A DNA stretch of 32,000 nucleotides from Synechococcus sp. C9 (GTDB taxonomy: Bacteria; Cyanobacteriota; Cyanobacteriia; Gloeomargaritales; Gloeomargaritaceae). The translations under genes were made by a program, and so were the position numbers. The notes under the pieces are model-generated. The model was not told the DNA's origin. It saw only the letters and a program-made list of their open reading frames with translations, and searched no databases. Where the stretch lies: NCBI RefSeq assembly GCF_022984075.1, contig NZ_JALAAD010000001.1:878455-910454 (forward strand). The letters are read 5' to 3'. Shown here piece by piece: positions 9,944 to 18,682 of this stretch. Every line of letters starts with the position of its first letter. The first letter of the stretch is position 1.

Positions 9944-10856
9944 CCGTCGGGGGCAGATTCGGCGGGTACTGTTAACGGTTCTGTGGTACAACTTATTCGT
10001 GTTGGGGATCAAGGTAACGGTGGGTTTGGGGACGGGTTCCCTGGCGGTATTGGCGGATGCCCTGCACAGTTTGACGGATAGCTTGAGTAATCTGCTAGGG
10101 CTGTTGGTAAACCACTGGGCGAAGCCGGAACCGGATCGGCAGCATCCCTACGGGCATCAGAAATTTGAAGCGATTGCGGCACTGGGCATTGCCGTATTTC
10201 TGGGCATTACCTGTTTTGAGGTACTGCGTCAGGCGGTGGAACGGTTGGTGGGGCAGACCCCGCCGCCCCAGGTGGGAGGGCTGGAATTGGGGTTGCTGGT
10301 GTTGGTGTTGCTGGTGAATGGGGGGGTGGCTCAGTATGAACAACGGCAGGGCAAAGTCCTCGATAGTCCGATTCTGTTGGCGGATGCCGCCGATACTCTC
10401 AGCGATGTGTGGATCAATCTCACGGTGCTGGCGGGTTTGCTGGGGGTGATGGCTGGGTGGACGTGGCTGGATGCCGCTCTGGCGATTCCGGTGGGGTTGC
10501 TGGTCTTTCACAGCGGTTGGCAGATTTTGACCACCAATTTGCCCTGGCTGGTGGATGCGATGGCGATTGCCCCGGAAGCGATTGCCCAGGTCGCCCAACA
10601 GGTGCCTGGAGTGGTGGAATGCCATTCCATTACCTCCCGGGGGGTGGTGGGACGGCAGGTGTTTATGGAATTGCATTTAGTGGTGACGGCTACGGATTTG
10701 GTCACCGCCCACGATTTGAGCGAACAGGTGGAAGCGTTATTACAAAAGCACTATGGTCCGGCGGGGATTACCATTCACATTGAACCAAAGGAAATTTGCC
10801 ATTCACCCAAATCAGTTGATACATTAGAGTCAAACCGAGGGAATGATCATGCCTAA
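9933..10856 (+). CDS. cation diffusion facilitator (CDF) family metal transporter
   Basis: 307-aa ORF with six hydrophobic segments. It has LADALHSLTDSLSNLL and HPYGHQKFEAIAAL motifs and a C-terminal cytoplasmic domain (HIEP). Its start overlaps the upstream cNMP gene by 11 nt. Confidence 0.9.
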   Translation: MPVSRRGQIRRVLLTVLWYNLFVLGIKVTVGLGTGSLAVLADALHSLTDSLSNLLGLLVNHWAKPEPDRQHPYGHQKFEAIAALGIAVFLGITCFEVLRQAVERLVGQTPPPQVGGLELGLLVLVLLVNGGVAQYEQRQGKVLDSPILLADAADTLSDVWINLTVLAGLLGVMAGWTWLDAALAIPVGLLVFHSGWQILTTNLPWLVDAMAIAPEAIAQVAQQVPGVVECHSITSRGVVGRQVFMELHLVVTATDLVTAHDLSEQVEALLQKHYGPAGITIHIEPKEICHSPKSVDTLESNRGNDHA

Positions 10857-11211
10857 TACGCCGGAAATGTGGTTGCAACAGGGATTTCGCGTGGCTTTGG
10901 GATTTGCCGGTACCCTAGTGGAATTGGTGCAGGATGAGCAAAAACGCCAAACCCAACTGCACCAGTGGCAACAGGACATGGAGCAATTAATCCAGGAATT
11001 AGTGGTCAAGGGGGAAAAAACGGAGGCGGAAGCCCGGGAATTTGTGGAGCGGCTGTTCAACCGTACCAGTCCCCCGCCCGCCTCTCCCCCCCCACCGGTG
11101 GAAGTGGAGGTGACCAGTGCCCCCGCCGAAGCCGCCGCTGAATTGCAGGAATTAACCCAGGAACTCTCCTCCCTGCGGGAAACCTTGGAGCAGTCCCGCC
11201 CCGGCGAATAA
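10843..11211 (+). CDS. hypothetical helical, coiled-coil-like protein with a Pro-rich linker
   Basis: 122-aa ORF whose ATG overlaps the CDF stop (ATGATCATGCCTAA). The composition looks coding (Q/E/L-rich heptad-like stretches, PPPASPPPP linker). The opposite-strand ORF 10830-11357 is low complexity and was rejected. Confidence 0.5.
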   Translation: MIMPNTPEMWLQQGFRVALGFAGTLVELVQDEQKRQTQLHQWQQDMEQLIQELVVKGEKTEAEAREFVERLFNRTSPPPASPPPPVEVEVTSAPAEAAAELQELTQELSSLRETLEQSRPGE

Positions 11212-11228
11212 CCCCCAAAACTGGTACA

Positions 11229-13451
11229 GTGGGGGTAAACTGTGGGGGGAAACCGATGCCGCATCCGCTGTACATTGCCTTTATTTGGCACCAACATCAA
11301 CCCCTGTATAAAAGCCCGTTGACCGGGGAATACCGAATGCCCTGGGTGCGACTGCACGGCACGAAAGATTACCTGGATTTACTGCTGTACCTCACCCGCT
11401 ATCCCCAGTTTCACCACACGATTAATTTGGTGCCGTCCCTGCTGGTGCAGATCGAGGACTACGCCCAGGGGCGGGCGATGGACTCCTACCTCCAGGTGAG
11501 CCTGAAACCGGCGGCAGAGCTGAGCGAGTGGGAACGGAATTTTGTGGTGACCAGTTTTTTTGATGCCCACCACCGCACCATGATTGACCCCTATCCGGGG
11601 TATCGGCGTCTGTACGAACAACAGCAGAACCAGGGGCGGGCTTGGTGTTTGGAGCATTGGTCACTCCAGGATTTTGACGACCTGCTCATGTGGCACAACC
11701 TCACCTGGTTAGACCCCCTGTTCCATGACCGTCCCCAGGTGCAGTCCTGGTGGGAAAAGGGCGGCAATTTCACGGTGGCGGACCGGCAAGCCCTGTGGGC
11801 ACTCCAGCGGGAGATTTTGGGGCAGATTATCCCGGAACATCGGCGCTGGCAGGAAGCGGGGGTGATTGAACTGACCACTAGCCCCTACAGCCATCCGATT
11901 TTGCCCCTGCTGTGGGATACGGAGAGCGCCCGGGTGGCGGTTCCCAAGATTGCCCTCCCCCATCGCTTTCAATGGCCCCAGGATGTCGCTTGGCAGTTGC
12001 AAAAGGGTTGGGAACATTATCAACGGTACTTTGGCAAGACACCCCAAGGGTTGTGGCCGTCGGAGCAGTCGGTCAGCCCGCCAATTTTAGAGCCGATTGC
12101 CAAACAGGGGTTTCGCTGGCTCTGTAGCGATGAGGGGGTGTTGGCGGCGAGTGTCAGGCAACCGATTCGGCGGGATACCCAGGGGCAGGTGGTGGATGCG
12201 GATGTATTATATCGTCCCTACAAAATGCAAACATCAGCGGGGGAACTCGCCTTGGTGTTTCGGGATCATCGCCTCTCGGATTTGATCGGGTTTTCCTACA
12301 GTCATCTCCCGGCGGAGACGGCGGTGGCGGATTTGGTCACCCGGTTGGGGCTGATTTACGAGCGGGCGCAGGTGGAAACCACCCCGGCGGACCCCTGGTT
12401 GGTGACGATTGCGTTGGATGGGGAAAATTGCTGGGAGTATTATCCGGGGGATGGGGGGGAATTTTTGCAAAGGTTGTTTGCCACCCTCAGCCGGGATCAG
12501 CGGTTCCGGGGGGTGACGGTTTCCGAATTTCTAGGGGAATTTCCCCCGCAAGTGACCCTGACTGACTTGCACAGTGGTTCCTGGATTGAGGCAAGTTTTA
12601 CCACCTGGATCGGCGACCCGGTGAAAAATCGGGCGTGGGACTGGCTGGGGCGGGCACGGGCGGCGGTGGCACGGGCGGAAAACCCGGCAGAGGTGGTGTG
12701 GGAAGCCCTGTTGGCGGCTGAGGGTTCCGACTGGTTTTGGTGGTTTGGGGCGGGGCACAGTTCCCGCTTGGACCCGGTGTTTGATGCCCTGTTTCGGGAG
12801 CATCTCCAGGCGATTTACCAGGGGTTGGGGCAAACGCCGCCGCCGGAGTTGGATTATCCGCTGGAACCCCAGCATTTTCAGGGGGATTACCCGCCGGAGG
12901 GGTTGATTCAGCCGGTGATTGATGGGCGGGGAGATGAACAGGATTGGTTCCGCGCTGGGTTGGTGCGGGTGGGGACAGCCCGGGCAACCATGCACCAGAG
13001 TCACCCGATCCGGACAATCCGCTACGGCACGGACCACCTGCATTTCTACCTACGGGTGGATTTTCGCCAGGGGTTCATTCCGGGCAAAGAGGGCTTTTCG
13101 AGTTTGCATTTGCTGTGGTTTTATCCGGGGCAGGTGGGGCATACCAGCCCGATGCCCCTGACCGATGTGCCGGATGTGGCACCCTGTAACTACCGATTTC
13201 GCCATCACCTGGGGATTCAGTTGGCGGAACGGTTTTGCTGGTTGATGACCGCCGCGGCAGGGGACAGGTGGTGCCCCCAACCCACCCGCAGTCAAGTGGC
13301 ATTGGATACCTGTCTGGAGGTGGCTGTCCCCTGGGATGAACTCCCGGTTGCCCCTAATTGGTCGGTGTCCCTGCTGTTGGTACTGGGGCAGGCGGGGCGG
13401 TTTCGGGGCTATCTGCCGGAGCAGGGGTTGCTGAATTTTGCGATTCCGTGA
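11229..13451 (+). CDS. glycoside hydrolase family 57 protein (alpha-glucan-active)
   Basis: IAFIWHQHQPLY...MPWVRLHGTKDYLDL is the GH57 N-terminal signature. WPSEQSVS, DGENCWEY and GSDWFWWFG are also GH57-typical. The likely start is the Met at 11256 (MPHPLYIAF). Confidence 0.9.
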   Translation: MGVNCGGKPMPHPLYIAFIWHQHQPLYKSPLTGEYRMPWVRLHGTKDYLDLLLYLTRYPQFHHTINLVPSLLVQIEDYAQGRAMDSYLQVSLKPAAELSEWERNFVVTSFFDAHHRTMIDPYPGYRRLYEQQQNQGRAWCLEHWSLQDFDDLLMWHNLTWLDPLFHDRPQVQSWWEKGGNFTVADRQALWALQREILGQIIPEHRRWQEAGVIELTTSPYSHPILPLLWDTESARVAVPKIALPHRFQWPQDVAWQLQKGWEHYQRYFGKTPQGLWPSEQSVSPPILEPIAKQGFRWLCSDEGVLAASVRQPIRRDTQGQVVDADVLYRPYKMQTSAGELALVFRDHRLSDLIGFSYSHLPAETAVADLVTRLGLIYERAQVETTPADPWLVTIALDGENCWEYYPGDGGEFLQRLFATLSRDQRFRGVTVSEFLGEFPPQVTLTDLHSGSWIEASFTTWIGDPVKNRAWDWLGRARAAVARAENPAEVVWEALLAAEGSDWFWWFGAGHSSRLDPVFDALFREHLQAIYQGLGQTPPPELDYPLEPQHFQGDYPPEGLIQPVIDGRGDEQDWFRAGLVRVGTARATMHQSHPIRTIRYGTDHLHFYLRVDFRQGFIPGKEGFSSLHLLWFYPGQVGHTSPMPLTDVPDVAPCNYRFRHHLGIQLAERFCWLMTAAAGDRWCPQPTRSQVALDTCLEVAVPWDELPVAPNWSVSLLLVLGQAGRFRGYLPEQGLLNFAIP

Positions 13452-13722
13452 GTGCCAGCCGTTGCGCCATCCCCACGGCGTAGTAGCCCAGCATCGAAGC
13501 CACGGTCAACCCCACCAGAAACAGCACCACCAGTAAACCAGCACCCCGCCCGACAATTCCCATCTGGGCTAACTGACCTTTGCCGGTGGTCACTTCCCCA
13601 ACCACCAGACAGATGATGCCGATCATGGCTAACCGCCCATTCCACAGTTCGGCAAAATGGGTAAACCCAAACGTGCCCGCCCCGGTGGGGTTAACGTTAA
13701 TATTCTCCATCAAGCGTTTCAT
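13354..13722 (-). CDS. high-light-inducible (HLIP/CAB/ELIP family) protein with an additional C-terminal hydrophobic helix and Pro/Ala-rich tail
   Basis: FGFTHFAELWNGRLAMIGIICLVVGE is the chlorophyll-binding CAB/HLIP helix motif (E..NGR.AM.G). A second hydrophobic stretch, GAGLLVVLFLVGLTVASMLGYYAV, follows. The ORF overlaps the convergent GH57 3' end by 98 nt. Confidence 0.75.
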   Translation of the reverse strand: MKRLMENINVNPTGAGTFGFTHFAELWNGRLAMIGIICLVVGEVTTGKGQLAQMGIVGRGAGLLVVLFLVGLTVASMLGYYAVGMAQRLALTESQNSATPAPADSPETAPPAPVPTAGTPTN

Positions 13723-13853
13723 ACCATCACCTCGTTTAACCTATTTTTTCAATTATCCCACAATTGTTACATTTTGTTAAGAATCGTTGGACAAACTTAG
13801 CCAGCGGGCGACGGGTGGGAGGGTCATCCCTTCGTTCCCAGGGAAATATGGGT

Positions 13854-14023
13854 TATAGCCATCCGACTTGATTAACAAACAGCAATTCTCCAGAACCAAG
13901 GACGGGGGCGGTGCTCCTGCGACGAGCAGTGAGGAGTAAGGAGTGAGAAGCGAGAAGTGAGATTCCCTAGAACCAGAACGGGGCGGTGCCCTGCGACCCA
14001 TGTTCTCAATTCAGTGAGGATGG
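13854..14023 (+). mobile_element. composite MITE-like element with two cores separated by a purine-rich insert
   Basis: The left arm TATAGCCATCCGACTTGATTAACAAACAGCAATTC plus core (to ~13922) is followed by the insert gagcagtgaggagtaaggagtgagaagcgagaagtgagattcc. A second core CTAGAACCAGAACGGGGCGGTGCCCTGCGACCC then follows, with the tail ATGTTCTCAATTCAGTGAGGATGG. Confidence 0.65.
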
Positions 14024-14162
14024 CTCCATTTCCCCAAAGCCCTGATTCTCGAAGCTGTCTTGTGAAACCTTGCGGATGTTAGTGAATCTTGAGGTTATGG
14101 TTAAAAGTGTTGATTTATGAGAGTTTTGAGCGGTTATGGTACGGCGTGGGAAACTAAGGGTA

Positions 14163-14247
14163 CGGAGAGAGTGGGATTCGAACCCACGGTGAGTTGCCCC
14201 ACACAGCATTTCCAGTGCTGCGCCTTCGACCACTCGGCCATCTCTCC
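14163..14247 (-). tRNA. tRNA-Ser (anticodon GGA), 85 nt, CCA not encoded
   Basis: Reverse complement: GGAGAGATGGCCGAGTGGTCGAAGGCGCAGCACTGGAAATGCTGTGTGGGGCAACTCACCGTGGGTTCGAATCCCACTCTCTCCG. Acceptor GGAGAGA/TCTCTCC; D stem GCC/GGC; anticodon stem CAGCA/TGCTG with loop CTGGAAA; long variable arm; T arm GTGGG-TTCGAAT-CCCAC; discriminator G. Confidence 0.92.
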
Positions 14248-14442
14248 CCAAGCGGCAAGACCCTATTGTACTCCCTAAAACCCTCGGCTTACCACACCAA
14301 TCCCCAACCAAATCACTGAACGCACCGGGTCACGGCACACATGGGGCTGTGTAAGTGCAAAAATTCGTCAATAGAGATGTTCTAAAAATTAGGTTATGCT
14401 CGCTACCTGATTGATGGGCACCTCTATCAATTCAAAGTTAAT

Positions 14443-14478
14443 GGTCGCAGGGGGGCACCCCCGCCCTTGGTTCTGGGT
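14443..14478 (-). repeat. core-only fragment of the MITE-like family (inverted)
   Basis: ggtcgcaggggggcacccccgcccttggttctgggt matches the reverse complement of the family core. Confidence 0.55.
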
Positions 14479-14573
14479 AACATGGGTATGCCAACAGATG
14501 TTTGGTTGGCGCAAATCAATAGAGATACCCTTATGATAAGGATAATGCAGTTGTTTTAATTCTTATCCTAACG

Positions 14574-14996
14574 ATGTCCCTACCAATTTCACCCCAACAG
14601 GTTTTGTATTGGGGGATTGCGATTGCCGCCGGATTGATTTACCTCCCCTACCTACTGGTAGCCTATGGACGGGTCACGAGCGGATTTGACCCCAATGCCC
14701 CCCGGGCGATTTTTGACAAATTACCCCCCTACGCTCAACGGGCAACCTGGGCGCACCAAAACGCCTTTGAAAGTTTTACCCTATTTGCCCCAGCGGCAAT
14801 TTTGGTGGTTTTTGCCCAAGCCGCTTCCCCTTATACTAATGCGGTGGTAATCACCTATTTGCTCACCCGCTTGGCCCATAGTTTGTTTTACATTATCAAG
14901 ATATTTCCATTACGGGGGTTGGCCTGGATCGTCAGTTTGGGTTGTATTGCCAGTCTCTATGGAACGGCGATAACTAAAATCAGCCTCACGCCTTGA
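14574..14996 (+). CDS. MAPEG-family membrane protein
   Basis: 140-aa ORF with ~4 hydrophobic helices. RATWAHQNAFESFTLFAPA resembles the MAPEG R..RAH.N..E..P.F motif. Confidence 0.7.
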   Translation: MSLPISPQQVLYWGIAIAAGLIYLPYLLVAYGRVTSGFDPNAPRAIFDKLPPYAQRATWAHQNAFESFTLFAPAAILVVFAQAASPYTNAVVITYLLTRLAHSLFYIIKIFPLRGLAWIVSLGCIASLYGTAITKISLTP

Positions 14997-15416
14997 CCGA
15001 TGAAGCCTGCGCCTGCCAGTTAGGGGAAAAAGGTGAAATTCACCAAATTGGTTGAGCAGGTCACCCACGCACATACCCAAAGCTGGTTCTGAGGCGAATC
15101 ATCCGGTTGCCAATTAGTTTTTATCCCCCGATTCTGTCAGAAAAACTGCCGTGAATACGACCAAAAAAATTTCAGTCATCAGGGTTAGGAATGGTGGTTC
15201 CGAATGCACGGTTTCCGTGTCGTGAAATCATCTTTATTGCCATCAATTTTTGAGATTTTTATAGAGGTGCCCTATGGCGATATTGCTGGTTATTAGCAAC
15301 AAAAAATCCGACTGCTCAACCGCATAAGCGCCGGGATTCCACTTCTTCCTAGCCTTCGCAACGATTCTTAGTGATGGGAGTGGTGCAGAGGTTGTTAAAT
15401 TAGAAATTGGTGTTTA

Positions 15417-16430
15417 TTGGAAGCTACGACTATCATGCCTATTCCCGGATTGCCACCTACGGATTCCCGCCTGCGGGTCAGCACTTTTTTACAACAAATC
15501 CAGGAGGATATTTGTCGGGAATTGCAGGCCACCGACGGTAAGGGCACCTTCAGGGAAGACCGGTGGGAACGTCCAGAAGGGGGTGGGGGTCGCTCCCGGG
15601 TGTTGGAGGGGGGTGCGCTGTTGGAACGGGGCGGGGTGAATTTCTCGGAAGTGTGGGGCAAACAATTGCCGCCTGCGATTATCGAGCAACGCCCGGAGGC
15701 CAAAGGCCATGAATTTTATGCGACGGGCACGTCCCTAGTATTGCATCCCCGTAATCCCTATGTCCCAACTGTACATTTGAATTATCGTTATTTTGAAGCG
15801 GGGCCGGTGTGGTGGTTTGGCGGCGGGGCGGATTTAACCCCTTACTATCCCTTTCGGGAGGATGCGGTGCATTTTCACCAAACCCATAAAACGGCTCTGG
15901 ATGCCCATCACCCGGAATATTATCCGGTATTCAAACGCTGGTGTGATGAGTATTTTTATCTCAAACATCGCCAGGAAATGCGAGGAATTGGGGGCATTTT
16001 TTTGGATTATCAAGATGGGGTAGGTTTGATTTATCGGGGGAACAATTCCCAGGGAAATGCGGCTATTTACAGCAACAAAATTGGCGAGTTGCCGCCCCGG
16101 AGTTGGGAGGATATTTTTGCCATGATCCAAAGTTGTGCCCAGGCGTTTTTACCGGCTTATCTGCCGATTGTTGAACGGCGGCGGGGCATCCTTTATGGGG
16201 AACGGGAACGGCAATTTCAACTCTATCGCCGGGGACGGTATGTGGAGTTTAATTTAATCTACGACCGGGGGACAATTTTTGGGTTGCAAACCAATGGGCG
16301 CACTGAATCTATTTTGATGTCCATGCCGCCCTTGTGTCGTTGGGAATACTGCTATACCCCGGAACCGGGTAGCCCGGAAGCCGCCCTGACGGAGGAGTTT
16401 CTCAAACCCCAGGATTGGCTGGCTGGGTGA
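15417..16430 (+). CDS. hemF: oxygen-dependent coproporphyrinogen III oxidase
   Basis: [62 protein letters not shown] and [20 protein letters not shown] are canonical HemF motifs. The track start is TTG; ATG at 15435 (MPIPGLPP) is more likely. Confidence 0.95.
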   Translation: MEATTIMPIPGLPPTDSRLRVSTFLQQIQEDICRELQATDGKGTFREDRWERPEGGGGRSRVLEGGALLERGGVNFSEVWGKQLPPAIIEQRPEAKGHEFYATGTSLVLHPRNPYVPTVHLNYRYFEAGPVWWFGGGADLTPYYPFREDAVHFHQTHKTALDAHHPEYYPVFKRWCDEYFYLKHRQEMRGIGGIFLDYQDGVGLIYRGNNSQGNAAIYSNKIGELPPRSWEDIFAMIQSCAQAFLPAYLPIVERRRGILYGERERQFQLYRRGRYVEFNLIYDRGTIFGLQTNGRTESILMSMPPLCRWEYCYTPEPGSPEAALTEEFLKPQDWLAG

Positions 16431-16604
16431 AGGGTCAGGTCATGGGATTGTTCCAGGAAAAAAGGGGGGCAACCCTGGAGAGAGCCGGACATAAAACCCC
16501 AAAATTCCTGGAACATTGATCCCTGATTTGCCATCACTAGCGGTAGGTCTCTTTTACAATAACGATGACAGCCCTGTTTGGGGTGAATCGTCATCCCCGT
16601 CCCC

Positions 16605-17750
16605 GTGAGGAGTCAATCCATGCGTTCTATTTACCGAGTCATTGCCCCGTTTGCCATTGCTGTACCCTTACTTGGGGCTGGCACCGTCACCGCAAATCCG
16701 GCTGGGAATAAATTGGCTGTGCCCTCACCTCCCCCAGCCACAACGAAACCCAACCCTGCCCCCGCCACAGCTAAGCCCACCCAAACGACGGTACAACCCA
16801 CCGCCAAACCCGCCAGTCCCTCCCCGGCGGCGGCCATCCCGAAGGTGGAAATGCCTGCCCCCACCCCCACAGCGGTCAATGTCCAACGGGTGCTGTATGT
16901 CAACCCCACCAGTGGCCAGGACACCCACAACGGGCAAACCGCCCAAACCGCCTTCCGCACCATCACCCAGGCTCTGAAATTCGCCGAAGGGGGCACCTTG
17001 ATCCAACTGGCTCCAGGGAAATACAGTGCCGAATCGGGGGAGCAATTTCCCCTGGCCCTGAAACCCGGCGTGATCCTGCGGGGGAACGAGTCCACCCGGG
17101 GAGAAGGAATTTTGATTGAAGGGGGCGGACGGTTTGTCAGCCGGATTTTTGCCCGCCAAAATGCCACCATCCTGGCCGGCGAAACCACCCACATCCTGGG
17201 GGTCACCGTCACCAACCGCAACATCCGGGGCACGGCCATCTGGGTCGAATCCACCAACCCCTACATCCGCAATTGCACCTTTACCAACAACCACCGGGAA
17301 GGGGTGTTTGTCACCGGGGAAGGGGCGCCCCGCATCGAAGATAACCTGTTTATCCGCAACGGCGGCAACGGGGTTTCCCTCACCAAGGCTTCCAAAGGGG
17401 AGGTGCGGCGGAATGTCTTTATCCAAACTGGCTTTGGGTTAGCCATCGGCGGCGTTGCTTCCCCCATCGTGGCGGACAATCGCATCGAAAATAACGTGGA
17501 TGGCATGGTGATCAGCGATGTGGCTCGACCCGTCCTGCGGGGGAACCGGATCGCCTTCAACCAGCGCACGGGGATTATCGTGATTTCCAATGCCCAGCCG
17601 GATTTGGGTACCCCTGCCAGCCCCGGCAACAATACCTTTCAAAGCAACGGCAATCATGACCTGCAGAACGCCACCAAAAACATCACCCTCACCAGCATTG
17701 GCAACCGCCTGGATGCCACCAAGGTGAACGGGCCAGTGCAATTGCAGTGA
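16605..17750 (+). CDS. secreted DUF1565 / right-handed parallel beta-helix repeat protein
   Basis: Signal peptide, then a Pro/Ala/Thr-rich linker, then YVNPTSGQDTHNGQTAQTAFRTITQALKFAEGGTLIQLAPGKY (DUF1565-type start). Repeated N-x-hydrophobic beta-helix rungs follow (IRNCTFTNN, IEDNLFIRNG, VRRNVFIQ, VADNRIENN, LRGNRIAFN). Confidence 0.8.
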   Translation: MRSQSMRSIYRVIAPFAIAVPLLGAGTVTANPAGNKLAVPSPPPATTKPNPAPATAKPTQTTVQPTAKPASPSPAAAIPKVEMPAPTPTAVNVQRVLYVNPTSGQDTHNGQTAQTAFRTITQALKFAEGGTLIQLAPGKYSAESGEQFPLALKPGVILRGNESTRGEGILIEGGGRFVSRIFARQNATILAGETTHILGVTVTNRNIRGTAIWVESTNPYIRNCTFTNNHREGVFVTGEGAPRIEDNLFIRNGGNGVSLTKASKGEVRRNVFIQTGFGLAIGGVASPIVADNRIENNVDGMVISDVARPVLRGNRIAFNQRTGIIVISNAQPDLGTPASPGNNTFQSNGNHDLQNATKNITLTSIGNRLDATKVNGPVQLQ

Positions 17751-17762
17751 AGTTAAGAAAAG

Positions 17763-18482
17763 TTAAGACCCTGACCTAGCTCGATAAAACAATTCCAAAC
17801 TGGCGGGGGTGCCCACAAACCGCCAATGCCAGGGTTCATAGCTAATCCCTTGGGGGTTGTTGCGGGGGAAGGACAACTCAAAGTGAAATTGCGCCGCCCG
17901 TTTCTGCAACCAAGCAAAAGCCGCCGTTTCCTCAAAGCTCTCGTGAATATGGGTGCCCGGTTGTTTCCCATCCCCCACATCCAGGGCATAACCCGTATGG
18001 TGTTCGCTGTAACCCGGCGGGGCACTGACCTTGGCGCGTTCCGCCACCTGTTGCCCCCGTTCTGCCTTCACCCCGTAAAACAATTCCTCCTGCTGTTGCC
18101 GGGAGCGAAACCCGGACAGGGGCACCAAAATCACCCCCTCCGCCCGGGCGGCAGACTGCATGGCGAGAAAGGCTTGAGCCGCATCCCGGTGCAATTGGAC
18201 CCGCCCATCCGCTGTGACCGCCTGCAAATCCTGGGCTGGGGCTTCAGGATACGGTAAATGTCCTAACAAATCCACAGATGTAATGGTCGGGGCAGGCTTG
18301 GGTTCAGAAGCTACAGGCGTTGAAGCGGGAGTAAGCCACCACCAAGCTACTCCAGTCACAGCCACCACCGGAATCCCCAGCCATGCCCACCGCCAGGGAG
18401 AAGGGACCAAGTGCGGACGGGGGGAGGATTGCCGCCGGGCTTCGGGAATCTCATCAATGGGATACAAACGCTCCTCCTGCAT
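17763..18482 (-). CDS. M15-family D-alanyl-D-alanine carboxypeptidase (VanY-like)
   Basis: N-terminal TM anchor, then SGFRSRQQQEELF and PPGYSEHHTGYALDVGD...EPWHWRF. These are the H-x6-D ... H zinc ligand motifs of VanY/M15B peptidases. Confidence 0.85.
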   Translation of the reverse strand: MQEERLYPIDEIPEARRQSSPRPHLVPSPWRWAWLGIPVVAVTGVAWWWLTPASTPVASEPKPAPTITSVDLLGHLPYPEAPAQDLQAVTADGRVQLHRDAAQAFLAMQSAARAEGVILVPLSGFRSRQQQEELFYGVKAERGQQVAERAKVSAPPGYSEHHTGYALDVGDGKQPGTHIHESFEETAAFAWLQKRAAQFHFELSFPRNNPQGISYEPWHWRFVGTPASLELFYRARSGS

Positions 18483-18511
18483 TCACAACGCCAATTGCAC
18501 CAAACATCAAC

Positions 18512-18633
18512 TATAGCAATCCTACTTGATTAGTGTTAGCTTGCGTGCCGTAGGCATACAGAGATTCCCCGGAACCAAGGACGGGGGCGGTGCCCCTGCG
18601 ACCCCTGTTCCATTCTCATTTAGGACTGCTATA
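18512..18633 (+). mobile_element. MITE-like element, complete copy with a ~30-nt internal insertion (122 bp)
   Basis: TATAGCAATCCTACTTGATTA-[gtgttagcttgcgtgccgtaggcatacagag]-ATTCCCCGGAACCAAGGACGGGGGCGGTGCCCCTGCGACCCCTGTTCCATTCTCATTTAGGACTGCTATA. The termini are inverted repeats with one mismatch. Confidence 0.75.
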
Positions 18634-18682
18634 TTTTTAATGGAAATTTATAGATATTTCAAGTATTTTCTATCGTTAATCC

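Noticed and set aside
10830-11357. 175-aa minus-strand ORF opposite the small coiled-coil gene
   Set aside because: The plus-strand ORF has a start coupled to the CDF stop and a protein-like sequence. The minus-strand translation is Ser/Cys/Gly-rich low complexity and would run into the GH57 start region.
14006-14311. 101-aa minus-strand ORF
   Set aside because: It spans the tRNA-Ser gene and MITE sequence. The tRNA cloverleaf is unambiguous, so the ORF is fortuitous.
14416-15273. 12-nt inverted match (GGGCACCTCTAT at 14416-14427, ATAGAGGTGCCC at 15262-15273) flanking the MAPEG gene, considered as possible mobile-element termini
   Set aside because: Similarity does not extend beyond ~14 nt. 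By a rough estimate (about 32000 squared divided by 4 to the 12th), dozens of chance 12-mer matches are expected in a window of this size on both strands.
16631-17426. Long minus-strand ORFs (208 and 233 aa) and a 111-aa plus-strand off-frame ORF inside the DUF1565 gene
   Set aside because: They fully overlap a gene with clear signal peptide and beta-helix repeat logic. Their translations are Gly/Arg/Pro-rich with no motifs. This is a typical alternative-frame artefact of GC-rich, repeat-rich coding sequence.
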